This document shows positions 10,558 to 33,156 of a stretch of 64,000 nt of DNA, in pieces (positions within the stretch are counted from its first letter, which is position 1; each line of letters opens with the position of its first letter). Position numbers and translations under genes: made by a program. The stretch covers positions 1 through 64,000 of the forward strand of contig NIVC01001638.1 of the NCBI GenBank assembly GCA_002269645.1, in the 5' to 3' direction. The notes under the pieces are model-generated. The model worked only from the letters and a program-made list of their open reading frames with translations. It made no database searches and had not been told where the DNA came from. This stretch comes from Macrostomum lignano. Lineage: Eukaryota.

Positions 10558-12981
10558 CTTTAAGGTCTGCCTTGACGCCAGGATGCAACTGTTAAATCAA
10601 ACGTTTTCCAAACTGGTAAGTTACTGTATTTGTTATCGGAACCACGCTGACTAATAAAAATTTATGCCTGTAAAATCTGTAGTGACTTAAAATGCTAATT
10701 CTTTCAGTGCAAAACGGAAAGTAGTGCAAGTTTCTAGGAAATCATTTGAAATTGTTTACATTAATACTGATAAACCGGTTTAACGTGGTTTAATGTCTCC
10801 ACCGATAAGAATATCGTAGTTTAGACCAACTTTATTTCAAGTCAACAACACGGATGCACTAACTAAGTAATCTGTTTGAAGTGTCCTAAATTTTCAAATC
10901 TACATTAGAGGAAAAACTTCAATTCCTTATATAATCTCATTCAAAATGTCAGTTTCAGTTTAGGATATTTAAGGACTTTATTTGTTCAGGTAGACTTCCG
11001 GCTCCTCTTCAATGTAAGTTTATTGCTTGCAGGGTTAATTCCTTTTTCGCTTGTGTCTCTAGCTCATCCCAACGATAATTTCCCTCATTGATCCCTCCTG
11101 GCTAATCCCTCCTCTCTAATCCCTCCTCTCTAATCCCTCCTCTCTAATCCCTCCTCGCTAATCCCTCCTCTCTAATCCCTCCTCTCTAATCCCTCCTCAC
11201 TAATCCCTCCTCTCTAATCCCTCCTCTCTAATCCCTCCTCGCTAATCCCTCCTCTCTAATCCCTCCTCTCTTATCTCTCCTCGTTAATCCCTTCTCGCTA
11301 ATCCCTCCTCTCTAATCCCTCCTCTCTAATCCCTCCTCACTAATCCCTCCTCACTAATCCCTCCTCTCTAATCCCTCCTCTCTAATCCCTCCTCGCTAAT
11401 CCCTCCTCTCTAATCCCTCCTCTCTAATCCCTCCTCGCTAATCCCTTCTCGCTAATCCCTCCTCTTTAATCCCTCCTCTCTAATCCCTCCTCTCTAATCC
11501 CTCCTCTCTAATCCCTCCTCTCTAATCCCTCCTCTCTAATCCCTCCTCTCTTATCTCTCCTCGTTAATCCCTTCTCGCTAATCCGTCCTCTATAATCCCT
11601 CCTCGCTAATCCCTCCTCTCTAATCCCTCCTCTCTAATCCCTCCTCTCTAATCCCTCCTTGCTAATCCCTCCTGACTAATCCGTCCTCGCTAATCTTGCA
11701 TCGCTAATCCCTCCTCGCTAATCCCTCCTCGCTAATCCCTCCCCGCTAATTCCTCCTCACTAATCCCTCCTCGCTAATCCCTTCTCGCTAATCCCTCCTC
11801 TTTAATCCCTCCTCTCTAATCCCTCCTCTCTAATCCCTCCTCTCTAATCCCTCCTCTCTAATCCCTCCTCTCTAATCCCTCCTCTCTTATCTCTCCTCGT
11901 TAATCCCTTCTCGCTAATCCGTCCTCTATAATCCCTCCTCGCTAATCCCTCCTCTCTAATCCCTCCTCTCTAATCCCTCCTCTCTAATCCCTCCTTGCTA
12001 ATCCCTCCTGACTAATCCGTCCTCGCTAATCTTGCATCGCTAATCCCTCCTCGCTAATCCCTCCTCGCTAATCCCTCCCCGCTAATTCCTCCTCACTAAT
12101 CCCTTCTCGCTAATCCCTCCTCTTTAATCCCTCCTCTCTAATCCCTCCTCGCTAATCCCTCCTTGCTAATCCCTCCTCTCTAATCCCTCCTCTCTAATCC
12201 CTCCTATCTAATCCCTCCTCTCTAATCCCTCCTCTCTAATCCCTCCTCTCTAATCCCTCCTCGCTAATCCCTCCTTGCTAATCCCTCCTCTCTAATCCCT
12301 CCTCTCTAATCCCTCCTCACTAATCCCTCCTCTCTAATCCCTCCTCTCTAATCCCTCCTCGCTAATCCCTCCTCTCTAATCCCTCCTCTCTTATCTCTCC
12401 TCGTTAATCCCTTCTCGCTAATCCGTCCTCTATAATCCCTCCTCGCTAATCCCTCCTCTCTAATCCCTCCTTGCTAATCCCTCCTGACTAATCCGTCCTC
12501 GCTAATCTTGCATCGCTAATCCTTCCTCGCTAATCCCTCCTCGCTAATCCCTCCCCGCTAATTCCTCCTCACTAATCCCTCCTCGCTAATCTCTCGCTAA
12601 ACTAATAAAGTGACTAACCAGTTGAAAGCTACCTGTCTTTCAATCTTTCATCTGACCCTAGAAAGTTTTTAATCTTATTTGAGCAGGTATATTTGAGCAT
12701 ATTTTATATTTTTTGTTTGAAGAGACCACTGTCTACCCAGATTAAAATCAATTGGCTACACTGTACCTATAGAAATAAATAGCCCCTGACTAGCTACCCT
12801 GCAGCAGAGCTACGTGTATAAAGTTGTGTATCAAGCTCTACAATGTGCATTTTCGATTTTAGCAAAATCTTTCTCCAATACGGATAGCAATGTTCCACAG
12901 TGTTCAAAGCTTATTGAGATCAAGTACCGTACATACACAAGTGCCTACGAAGGGAATTTTTGGGACAAAGCCTTGACTTGA
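10558..12981 (+). CDS. Candidate 3' part of an unidentified gene: exons ~10558/10565-10615, 10990-11013 and 12901-12981 (possibly also 9661-9744)
   Basis: Two micro-exons have AG acceptors and strong GTAAGTT donors; the terminal exon follows ttccacAG. They join in frame as ..FKVCLDARMQLLNQTFSKL/VDFRLLFN/CSKLIEIKYRTYTSAYEGNFWDKALT*. No family recognised. Confidence 0.3.
11092..12598. repeat. 14-bp C-rich minisatellite (TAATCCCTCCTCTC)n with higher-order duplications
   Basis: About 105 units; the variant marker TAATCTTGCATCGC recurs at ~11691, ~12027 and ~12504. Confidence 0.97.
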
Positions 12982-13096
12982 AAAAATTAACCGATTGCAA
13001 AGGTTGGAACAGGGGTAGACAGCTGCAGCTAAACTGACAGTGCAACTCGATCCGTCCCTCTCCGGGGGGTCCTGGACTCGCGCACAGTTACTCAAC

Positions 13097-15148
13097 TCGT
13101 GGATAGAATCTCAGTGACACACAATCCGTGGATAGAGTCCCACTGACACAATCAGTGGATAGAGTCCCACTGACACACAATCTGTGGATAGAGTCTCACT
13201 GACACACAATCCGTGGATAGAGTCCCACTGACACAATCCGTGGATAGAGTCCCACTGACACACAATCCGTGGATAGAGTCCCACTGACACACAATCTGTG
13301 GATAGAGTCCCACTGACACACAATCCATGGATAGAGTCCCACTGACACACAATCTGTGGATAGAGTCCCACTGACACACAATCTGTGGATAGAGTCTCAC
13401 TGACACACAATCCGTGGATAGAGTCTCACTGACACACAATCCGTGGATAGAGTCCCACTGACACACAATCCATGGATAGAGTCCCACTGATATACAATCC
13501 GTGGATAGAGTCCCACTGACACACAATCCGTGGATAGAGTCCCACTGACACACAATCCGTGGATAGAGTCCCACTGACACACAATCCGTGGATAGAGTCC
13601 CACAGACACACAATCCGTGGATAGAGTCCCACTGACACACAATCCGTGGATAGAGTCCCACTGACACACAATCCGTGGATAGAGTCCCACTGACACACAA
13701 TCCGTGGATAGAGTCCCACTGACACACAATCCGTGGATAGAGTCCCACTGACACAATCCGTGGATAGAGTCCCACTGACACACAATCCGTGGATAGAGTC
13801 CCACTGACACACAATCCGTGGATAGAGTCCCACTGACACACAATCCGTGGATAGAGTCCCACTGACACAATCTGTGGATAGAGTCCCACTGACACACAAT
13901 CCGTGGATAGAGTCCCACTGACACACAATCCGTGGATAGAGTCCCACTGACACACAATCCGTGGATAGAGTCCCACTGACACACAATCCGTGGATAGAGT
14001 CCCACTGACACACAATCCGTGGATAGAGTCCCACTGACACAATCCGTGGATAGAGTCCCACTGACACACAATCCGTGGATAGAGTCCCACTGACACACAA
14101 TCCGTGGATAGAGTCCCACTGACACACAATCCGTGGATAGAGTCCCACTGACACACAATCCGTGGATAGAGTCCCACTGACACACAATCCGTGGATAGAG
14201 TCCCACTGACACACAATCCGTGGATAGAGTCCCACTGACACACAATCCGTGGATAGAGTCCCACTGACACACAATCCGTGGATAGAGTCCCACTGACACA
14301 CAATCCGTGGATAGAGTCCCACTGACACAATCCGTGGATAGAGTCCAACTGACACAATCCGTGGATAGAGTCCCACTGACACACAATCCGTGGATAGAGT
14401 CCCACTGACACAATCCGTGGATTGAGTCCCACTGACACAATCCGTGGATAGAGTCCCACTGACATACAATCCGTGGATAGAGTCCCACTGACACACAATC
14501 CGTGGATAGAGTCCCACTGGCACACAATCCGTGGATAAAGTCCCACTGACACACAATCCGTGGATAGAGTCCCACTGACACACAACCCGTGGATAGAGTC
14601 CCACTGACACACAATCCGTGGATAGAGTCCCACTGACACACAATCCGTGGATAGAGTCCCACTGACACACAATCCGTGGATTGAGTCCCACTGACACAAT
14701 CCGTGGATAGAGTCCCACTGACACAATCCGTGGATTGAGTCCCACTGACACAATCCGTGGATTGAGTCCCACTGACACAATCCGTGGATTGAGTCCCACT
14801 GACACACAATCCGTGGATAGAGTCCCACTGACACAATCCGTGGATTGAGTCCCACTGACACAATCCGTGGATAGAGTCCCACTGACACAATCCGTGGATA
14901 GAGTCCCACTGACACACAATCCGTGGATAGGGTCCCACTGACACACAATCCGTGGATTGAGTCCCACTGACACACAATCCGTGGATAGAGTCCCACTGGC
15001 ACACAATCCGTGGATAGAGTCCCACTGACACAATCCGTGGATAGAGTCCCACTGACACAATCCGTGGATAGAGTCCCACTGACACACAATCCGTGGATAG
15101 AGTCCCACTGACACACAATCCGTGGATAGAGTCCCACTGACACAATCC
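13097..15148. repeat. 29/27-bp minisatellite (CCGTGGATAGAGTCCCACTGACA[CA]CAAT)n
   Basis: About 70 units; explains the 574-690 aa periodic minus-strand ORFs. Confidence 0.98.
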
Positions 15149-15482
15149 AATGTCCGCCAACCAGATGTACACTCTTAGATAGGCTGACTATAACCGAGTT
15201 CCCACACTGCAGCAAACTCTGCATTTCTCAAATAAGCTATTGATTTTTTAAGAAACTCCAACTCAATTCTAACGTATAAAGTTTGAAGACGCAGTAAGGA
15301 AAGATTCCAACGCCAACTCACACGGCATATGAGTTTGAGCTTGCCTGCTCTCCCCCAAAATCCTTAAAACAGGCCAACGCAAGACTCAAACCTACCCCAA
15401 AAGACTCAAAGCTCCAATATTGGTAATCATATATATTGGTCTCGAATTCTCAACTCTGAATGCAAGTTTGTCAGTTATAGAG

Positions 15483-15545
15483 TCAGGAGAGAGAGAGAAA
15501 GAGAGAGAGGAGAGAGAGGGAGAGAGAGAGAGTCAGTCAGTCAGT
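15483..15545. repeat. (GA)n plus (CAGT)n microsatellite
   Basis: Direct inspection. Confidence 0.85.
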
Positions 15546-16974
15546 TGACTTCAAGGCTATACAAGACAGCTGCTCGTGACTGCAAGTTGCAACAACACCC
15601 GGCCAACCCCCCCCCCCTTTGCCTGTAGGTTTTAAGCCACGAGACAAACGTTCTATAGAAAGGGGTCGAGTCAGCCAGAGTGAACAAGTGAGCGCGGTGT
15701 GGTGAGCAACTCTGCCTATGGGAGGTTTGGGGGGGGGTGTTTGAGAGTGTGGAGGAAATTTCTAATCGAAGGAAAATATGAGAAATTTCATACATGGATA
15801 TTATATATATGCATATGGCCTTCAACGGTAGCTCGTTGAGAACACATTTGTTCTTAACCTAGGGTATTTTCCTATTTTCTAATTTAACTGTATTGTTTAC
15901 ATTTTCTCTGGTAATTTTTTAGACATCTCTTCTCATTCGGTTCATTCGGCATTCAGGGTAGCAACTAGAATCGCGTCCTGATCTACCGACCTAATTGGAG
16001 CTTTTGGAACAGCACATAACTTTAGCTATGCCAGTTTCTGTTGCAATGTAAGTCTCATGAGTTTTATGTTTTTAACTTGCATGTGTTTCTTTGAATTGCT
16101 TTGTTTTACTGTAAAAATTGTGTACGCAGCAGAAGCTGAATCCCAACCTCAATAACTCGTGGCAATGTAAAGTAATGTCATAATTAACACCAAGGGGCTT
16201 TAGCAAAAATATGCTAGCATGCTAGCAAAAATAATATTTGTAACTTGTGATCAAGTCATCAAGTTGCTTAACTGTCTACGTCGTATGAAAAATACGCAAC
16301 ATTGGAGCGTATACTGTATACATACGGTAGTGTACTTACTAGCTCGTGTGTATTATAAGAAAGGTTGCTAAGGCCTTAGCTACAAACTACAGTACACAGT
16401 TTCCTTTCTGCTAAGGAATGGTTAAAAATGCTGTGCACAATTGTGCAGATGGCAGCTCTCAGTGTAGTACGAGTCAGCTCTGTACAAACAGCAGTATTCA
16501 TGTGAGTCTTCCGAAAGCTCGAATGAAGAAATAAGTTTTAAATATACGTCATTAAGGTAGAGAGAAGAGAATGGAAGCTGTATTCTCTAGATTAGGCATT
16601 TAGAGCTACTTATTAATGTACATCTCCTATTGTAGTTTGAAGCTCGAGCGAGTACAGAGTGATGAAGAATGAGAGAGGGGGGCAGACTGTTTATAAGACG
16701 CATGTGAGGCGGACAAAACTGGAGAAAATATTGTTGCCTGAGATCTAACAAAACAGTTTCTAGAAATATTTTGGTTAAAATAGAGTTGCTGTTGAAGTGA
16801 ATTTCATGAAACAAGCATGCCGAAGCGGAGCTGATTTACAAGAAAATCGGTAAGCATTGTATAGGATAATTATTGGTTAGTTGAAAATAAATCTCTTTGA
16901 TAATTGTTACTCATATATGTGAGTTTTGAAAATACCTTTTTGAACTTGGCACCCCTATCTTCTAATGAGCAGCC

Positions 16975-17740
16975 ATGTGTTATGGTGAGGCACTCCTGTT
17001 TTCTTATAGTGAGGCACTCCTGTTTTCTTATAGTGAGGCACTCCTGTCTTCTTATAGTGAGGCACTCCTGTCTTCTTAGTAAGGCACTCCAATCTTCTTA
17101 TAGTGAGGCACTCCTGTCTTCTTAGTGAGGCACTCCTGTCTTCTTATAGTGAGGCACTCCTGTCTTCTTATAGTAAGGCACTCCTGTCTTCTTAGTGAGG
17201 CACTCCTGTCTTCTTATAGTGAGGCACTCCAATCTTCTTATAGTGAGGCACTCCAATCTTCTTATAGTGAGGCACTCCTGTCTTCTTATAGTGAGGCACT
17301 CCAATCTTCTTATAGTGAGGCACTCCAATCTTCTTATAGTGAGGCACTCCTGTCTTCTTAGTGAGGCACTCCTGTCTTCTTATAGTGAGGCACTCCTGTC
17401 TTCTTATAGTAAGGCACTCCTGTCTTCTTAGTGAGGCACTCCTGTCTTCTTATAGTGAGGCACTCCAATCTTCTTATAGTGAGGCACTCCAATCTTCTTA
17501 TAGTGAGGCACTCCTGTCTTCTTATAGTGAGGCACTCCTGTCTTCTTATAGTGAGGCACTCCAATCTTCTTATAGTGAGGCACTCCTGTCTTCTTATAGT
17601 GAGGCACTCCTGTCTTCTTAGTGAGGCACTCCTGTCTTCTTAGTGAGGCACTCCTTTCTTCTTAGTGAGGCACTCCTGTCTTCTTAGTGAGGCACTCCTG
17701 TCTTCTTAGTGAGGCAATCTTGTCTTCGAGTGAGGCACCC
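16975..17740. repeat. 24/22-bp minisatellite (GTGAGGCACTCCTGTCTTCTTATA)n
   Basis: About 32 units; the identical ORFs 17122..17328 and 17358..17564 reveal an internal 236-bp duplication. Confidence 0.97.
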
Positions 17741-17896
17741 ATGTCTTCAGATGTACATTTACACCCTGTCTTTGAGGGAGTAGGGTTTCCTTTATTAGGT
17801 AATGAATTTGGTAGCTACATTGAATAGGACATACATGTACATTGCACTTTTGTGAGCCAAAATGGTTTTAAAATTATCTAAACAGCAGTCATTCTC

Positions 17897-19291
17897 GTGC
17901 CACCGTCCAGCCCGCAGAGACCCCAGCAGACCTGGGCATGGCTAATCCTGGCGTTCGCCGCCATCAATGTCATCTTTCTGGGCGGCAAACGGCGCGCATT
18001 CGGCGTCTTCGTAGCCCAACTGCACGTCGAATTCAATCAAACCATCACGCTGGCCGAGCTAAACTGGATCGGCGACTCGTACGCCGCATTCGGCTACATG
18101 ACCACCACGCTGAGCACGTCGACCATTTTAGCCTACGGCCGCAGATTCCAGCTGTTCCAACTGCTCGGCACTCTTGCAATCCTGCTGGCCTGCGTCACCA
18201 GCGCGTTCGTACCAAATCCGCACTGGCTGTTTCTCACGCACACTCTGTTTCACGGCATTGGATCGTCGCTAATCCTCAGCGTAGTTGGTCTGGTTGTCAA
18301 CGAACACTTCGATAAGCAGCATCCGTACCACATTCTGGCTACGACACTAGTCAGTGGAGGCTCCATAGCGTCCATATTGTTTGTGCAACTGTACGCCTAT
18401 CTGATAGAGGTTTACAACTGGAGAAATGCCTTCCTAATTCTTGGCGTTATCTACTTCTTTGTCACTCTGACTGGCAGTTGTTTTTTTACGAAACGCGAAG
18501 ATTTGCCACCGTACGCTAACGATAAGAAATGCCTGGGCGCTATTTGGGATGTTGAACGGGATAAAGTTCCCTATTTAGTGCTTTGGTTCTTCGATCGAAT
18601 TATGACTAGTATTGTTACGTACGGTATGCTGCTGAACCTAGCTGACTATGTCAGGCGCAGGGAGGCTTCGCTGACTAAGAGCTCCCATCTGACGCTGCTG
18701 TTCGCATCCGGAGAAGCGTCCACCTACGCCATTGCAGCGGTGATCGCCGTGCTCACAAAGAACCTGTTGAAAAATCGACTCAAATATATTCTGAGCTCCA
18801 CAACCTTCGTGATGTCCTGCTCGCTAATCTACTGGGAAGTTGTCGCCTCGAACGAGACGTTGAGCTATTTCTTGGCCTACCTGTCCGGATTCTGCATGGG
18901 TCCGAGTATAACGTTTCTGTTCCCGGCCGGTGAGGAGATGACGATGCTGCCGGGACACCTGGCCTATCCGTTTAGCCTGGCCGGCATGGGTGTCGGCATG
19001 GCGCTGTCGCCGTCCGTCACCGCCATGATAGCCGAACGCTACGAGTATCGTTACTTTTTCGTCATCCAGGGCTTTCTGATGTTCTTCAAATTCCTGGCCC
19101 TACTAACCGCCATCATAATGCAACGCCTGGCGGCTAGAAGTGCGGCCGGGGTGGGCGGTCACAAATATGAGCTGGTGAAACAGCTGGACTTGCCTATGCC
19201 TGACGAGGTGGAGCCAGGCACTGCCGTTGCTGCGGCTGATGCGCTTCGCGAAAGGGGATCCTCAATTAACTCGAGTACTAGGAACTATTAA
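17897..19291 (+). CDS. MFS transporter, monocarboxylate transporter (SLC16/MCT)-like; one large exon, probably spliced to an upstream exon
   Basis: 464-aa ORF with about 12 hydrophobic segments and MCT-like motifs: WAWLILAFA..GKRRAFGVF, LNWIG, FHGIGSSL..VNEHFDK..LATTLVSGG, WRNAFLILG. Candidate acceptor AG at 17885 or 17888; true start not determined. Confidence 0.88.
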   Translation: MPPSSPQRPQQTWAWLILAFAAINVIFLGGKRRAFGVFVAQLHVEFNQTITLAELNWIGDSYAAFGYMTTTLSTSTILAYGRRFQLFQLLGTLAILLACVTSAFVPNPHWLFLTHTLFHGIGSSLILSVVGLVVNEHFDKQHPYHILATTLVSGGSIASILFVQLYAYLIEVYNWRNAFLILGVIYFFVTLTGSCFFTKREDLPPYANDKKCLGAIWDVERDKVPYLVLWFFDRIMTSIVTYGMLLNLADYVRRREASLTKSSHLTLLFASGEASTYAIAAVIAVLTKNLLKNRLKYILSSTTFVMSCSLIYWEVVASNETLSYFLAYLSGFCMGPSITFLFPAGEEMTMLPGHLAYPFSLAGMGVGMALSPSVTAMIAERYEYRYFFVIQGFLMFFKFLALLTAIIMQRLAARSAAGVGGHKYELVKQLDLPMPDEVEPGTAVAAADALRERGSSINSSTRNY

Positions 19292-21110
19292 TATTAAAGA
19301 TTGCAAGTATAACTAAATTAAATGGGGGGGGGGCAGATTTTTCGTTGTAAGGTTTCTTCCGTACGGGTATGTTTAGCTACATGTTACTTAAATACTTATA
19401 AGTAGTGTAGTAGCTTATGTTGATAATGCAACGACGAGCTGTGCTATTTTTCCCTTTGAGTTTGAAATCCCTTTGGATTTAGTCAAGTTCACCTTTTCAG
19501 TAGTCAAACTAACAGAAGTATAGGCTTCTCTTTGAGGATACCTATAACAAAATTGATTTTTAGAAGTCAGATTATTTAATCGGGACGAAAATCTGTTTTA
19601 TTTTCTCTGGGGAAACTTTGAAATTTATATTCAAAAGCTCATTAAAACACATACTCAACTGATAGGACTCACTGCTCAAGTGAACGCGATTTTGTAATGC
19701 CATTTTGATGATGAAGAAGTTTCGATTTTTGCTGACAAAATTATTCAAATGCTAAATTTTTTTTTAAACACTTGTTTTTGTTTGTTAGTAAATGTCTTAT
19801 TGTTTGAAAGGCATATATAACATAATTTATCATCACTTATTTTCTTATTTGTTAAAATTTTTGTGGTTCAATTCACGAATTTCAGAAGCGTGTTGGTGCC
19901 TTTCGCATAAATGAAATGAATGCTTTATTAAACTACCATTTTTGTGGATAAATTGCTCCGGATTTATCTTATTCTTTAATCTTTTTCCATGCATAGTTTC
20001 TGATCCACTTTGAAATTTAAAATACCTATTCTTCCGTATGCCGGTAGTTTAATTTAAGACATCTCTGAAGCTTTTAATTCACTGAAAATAGTTGCCAACC
20101 TCAACAATAATATTACTGCTAGTATTTTGCTTGAAAATGTTCAAATATTTAGTTGTGATTCGAGTTTTTGTTGGTAAGAATATGCAATACTCTATAAGAG
20201 TTTCTTGTCACTTGCTATTTGTTTTAATGATTTTCATCCTCGAAATCCCACTAAATTTCAGCCGCATATTCGAATGCTTGCTCCAGATGCGCTCTGACTA
20301 TATATAAAAGTAATTCTTTCATATTAGTTTTTTTTCCGGAACTTTATCGTCCTTGCTAATTGCTCTTGTACTGTTTGTTGCAATTTTTGTTTGCGATTTA
20401 TAAGCCAATGTTCTCGTGTGACGTGTCAATTTCCATCGGATATTATGGAAAACCCATAGATGAATCTGTTGTAACTTTTTTGTGCTTTTGTCCGTCGCTT
20501 GTGATTCTGTTCCTTCAAAAAATTCTTCAGGCGGAGCAGCTCTGCTAATGCGACTTTCTTCAAATTCGGTTGTTCCTAATTCTCATTGGTTGCTATCCAA
20601 CAAATCGTGTCCCATTTCCCGCCCTATTTTATCTCCAAATACGGCATATCAGAGTTCGTGTGTAGTATTTCATCTTCCTACTTATAATTTAAACTTTAAT
20701 TTGTTACTAACGGTGATTTGGAAAATAAAAAATACACTAGTATAACAAAAATTAATAAAAATCAAAAGAAATTCTTTGGAGAGTCACACAGATCTGATTT
20801 GCGTGATAAGGTTAACATGGTTCTGATTTGTTTGTTTTCTGATTAGCTGGGATGACAGAACCCCCAGTGGATAAAAAGTTAACCATATCTGCATTTCCTG
20901 TGTGCTGTTGTGATTAGAAATTGTAAAGCAGGGCTTTTTCATCTTTGTAACCGACGGACCCAGTGTTGGGGCTGAGCTCAGCTGTCTTTCGAAAGTAATC
21001 ACTACATTCGACTCGAATTCATGCCTTTATCCCTGCATAAGTTGGCAGTTTAATTTGACTGGCTAATTATTATATAATTTGCCTGGTAACAGAGTGGACC
21101 AATACGCACA

Positions 21111-21160
21111 GGGCCATTCCAAGGACAACTGAAGTAACTTCAGTTGTCCTTGGGCCATTC
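21111..21160. repeat. Perfect hairpin palindrome flanked by 9-bp direct repeats
   Basis: CCAAGGACAACTGAAG-TAA-CTTCAGTTGTCCTTGG at 21119-21153; GGGCCATTC at 21111-21119 and 21152-21160. Confidence 0.8.
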
Positions 21161-21754
21161 ATCACAATTACATGTACATCGATTTGGTAGATTGATCTAC
21201 ATGTGTATACCTATCGCAATATCAACGCCACTTCCTCCTCTCAACACCGAGTCTTCTGATCGATCTTCTGTCGCTCTTGGATCTCTTCTCTTGTCGCAGG
21301 CATAGCAGCCTACCGCGCCTTCGAGAAATCGATTCGCCAACCACAGACCATACACTCTTTTGCTGCTGAAGCACATCGGACGTCTTGGCACATTGGCAGT
21401 TCTCTTCGAAACTGCCAAGTACCTCCCATCGGTCCCATTCGATGCACAGACGGTTGGATCAGCCTAGTGTGTCACCTCTAAAGCCGCAATAGCGCCATAG
21501 TCCCATTGAAGCGGCCAGGTCGTAAATTACAATTTATCCTTTCTTACCTTCGATATCCCATGAGAACACATGTGAGGGAGCTGCATGAATGGAGCTGTCT
21601 GAGCGTTTTTAGTCACCTAGTAGGGCCGAGGAAGCTATCGACTGGACAGACAGAAATTATACACAGAAAGAATGCCGAATCAAGCAGTTTTCGTGATTCT
21701 GAACTAAAATTCGTGCGCACTACTTTTGTTGCGAACTGCTCAGTAGTATCAATA

Positions 21755-21788
21755 TAGATGGATAGATAGATAGATGGATAGATAGATG

Positions 21789-21845
<57 letters not shown>

Positions 21846-21962
21846 GTAGATAGTAGATAGCGAGAAAGAGCGAGTGAAGCGAGCTCTTTCGAGCTTGCTT
21901 GCCGCAGCCAATCAAGCTGAATGCACGCACACAAGATCACCGGAAACGATTAAGGCAGGTTC

Positions 21963-22024
<62 letters not shown>
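21755..22024. repeat. Two (GATA)n microsatellites (~21755-21860 and ~21963-22024)
   Basis: Direct inspection. Confidence 0.95.
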
Positions 22025-22025
<1 letters not shown>

Positions 22026-23184
22026 GGCGAAATGAAACCACGCACACAGTTGAAGCAAATTCACAATTTCTTTAATTCTAAGAAAAAAATTTCGACCCGA
22101 ACCGGGACTTCGTCAGGGTATATTGTAAATAAAAATCAGTCGTATAGTGCTTATGTAGAGCGAAATTTACACGTACATATCTATGTACATGTACGAGCCT
22201 ATGTAGATCGAAAAAGCGATTTTTGGGTAAATTCATTCGTATGAAAACCGATCCTACTGTCGCTACCATGAACACTGCGTGGTCAAGACTCAAATCTCTT
22301 ATGGTTGGCGGAATCATATCGATCTCGATTTCTTTGTTAATCAAGTAAACTTTACATGATTAATTTGTTTCACTAGGCTGATAAAAGCGGAAATTGTAAA
22401 ATGCCTAAATTTGATGGACAGCTGCATAGATTTGAATGGGTGCATGTCTGAAAACATTTTTCTGCGCTATGCTATATTGCGCACCTGCAGGATAAGGAAA
22501 TGAAACTGATGCTGGAATTGACTATAAGTAAGACCCGTTTAAGGCATTGTAATCGATCCTAAGCTTCAAAGCTCTAAAATATTGAATGTACCAGTACACA
22601 CGGATCGCACCTTACATGCGTGTATATTTAATTTGATTTCTATTCCAGAAAGCTGCACTGTTAATTAGAAAGTTTATTCATAGACTTATAAAATAAAATT
22701 AGTTACGATGGCTATTACTATCGACCTGTTTCATCTTGACATTATCTACACCTTAAATAGTCATCAGTTTCAACAATTAGTCCAGAAGCTATTTAAGCAG
22801 CTATTTCTGCGCATTGCTTCTACTGCTGCATGCAGTCGTTACTGTTGACTATGTAACAGAACTGACTCGACTGGCCTGGCAGTATCTTATCGCAGTCTGA
22901 CTTCAAAGTTGCTCTTTTTTGCAGAAAAATGATTAGTTAGCAAATAACGCAGGAAGATCGAGAGAGCTTGTTGGCTCATTACCCCTGGTTTTTGTCTTTA
23001 AAAAAAGTCGTCCGCCCGCTCTTATCACTGTTGCTTGCAGCCTGGACAGAAATTTAATTTGCTGAATAATTTTATTCCTATTGTAAAAGTTTGCCATTTT
23101 GGTAAGTTTTTGTAGTTTCTGTAATAATTTTAATAAGCGCCAGATTGTCTGCACCACCAACTACATCTGCCCCATTTCCAGATC

Positions 23185-33156
<9,972 letters not shown>

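Noticed and set aside
13111-15224. 574-690 aa Cys-rich ORFs on the minus strand
   Set aside because: All three frames are open because the 29/27-bp unit lacks stops; the peptide is purely periodic.
15629-16852. Putative upstream exons of the MFS gene (donors at ~15688, ~16048, ~16851)
   Set aside because: Donor-like sites exist, but I could not pick a consistent coding path without transcripts.
21197-21600. Possible minus-strand exons (ORF 21197..21418; donor at ~21545)
   Set aside because: Several frames are open, no protein family is recognised and no unique splice path exists; not supportable.
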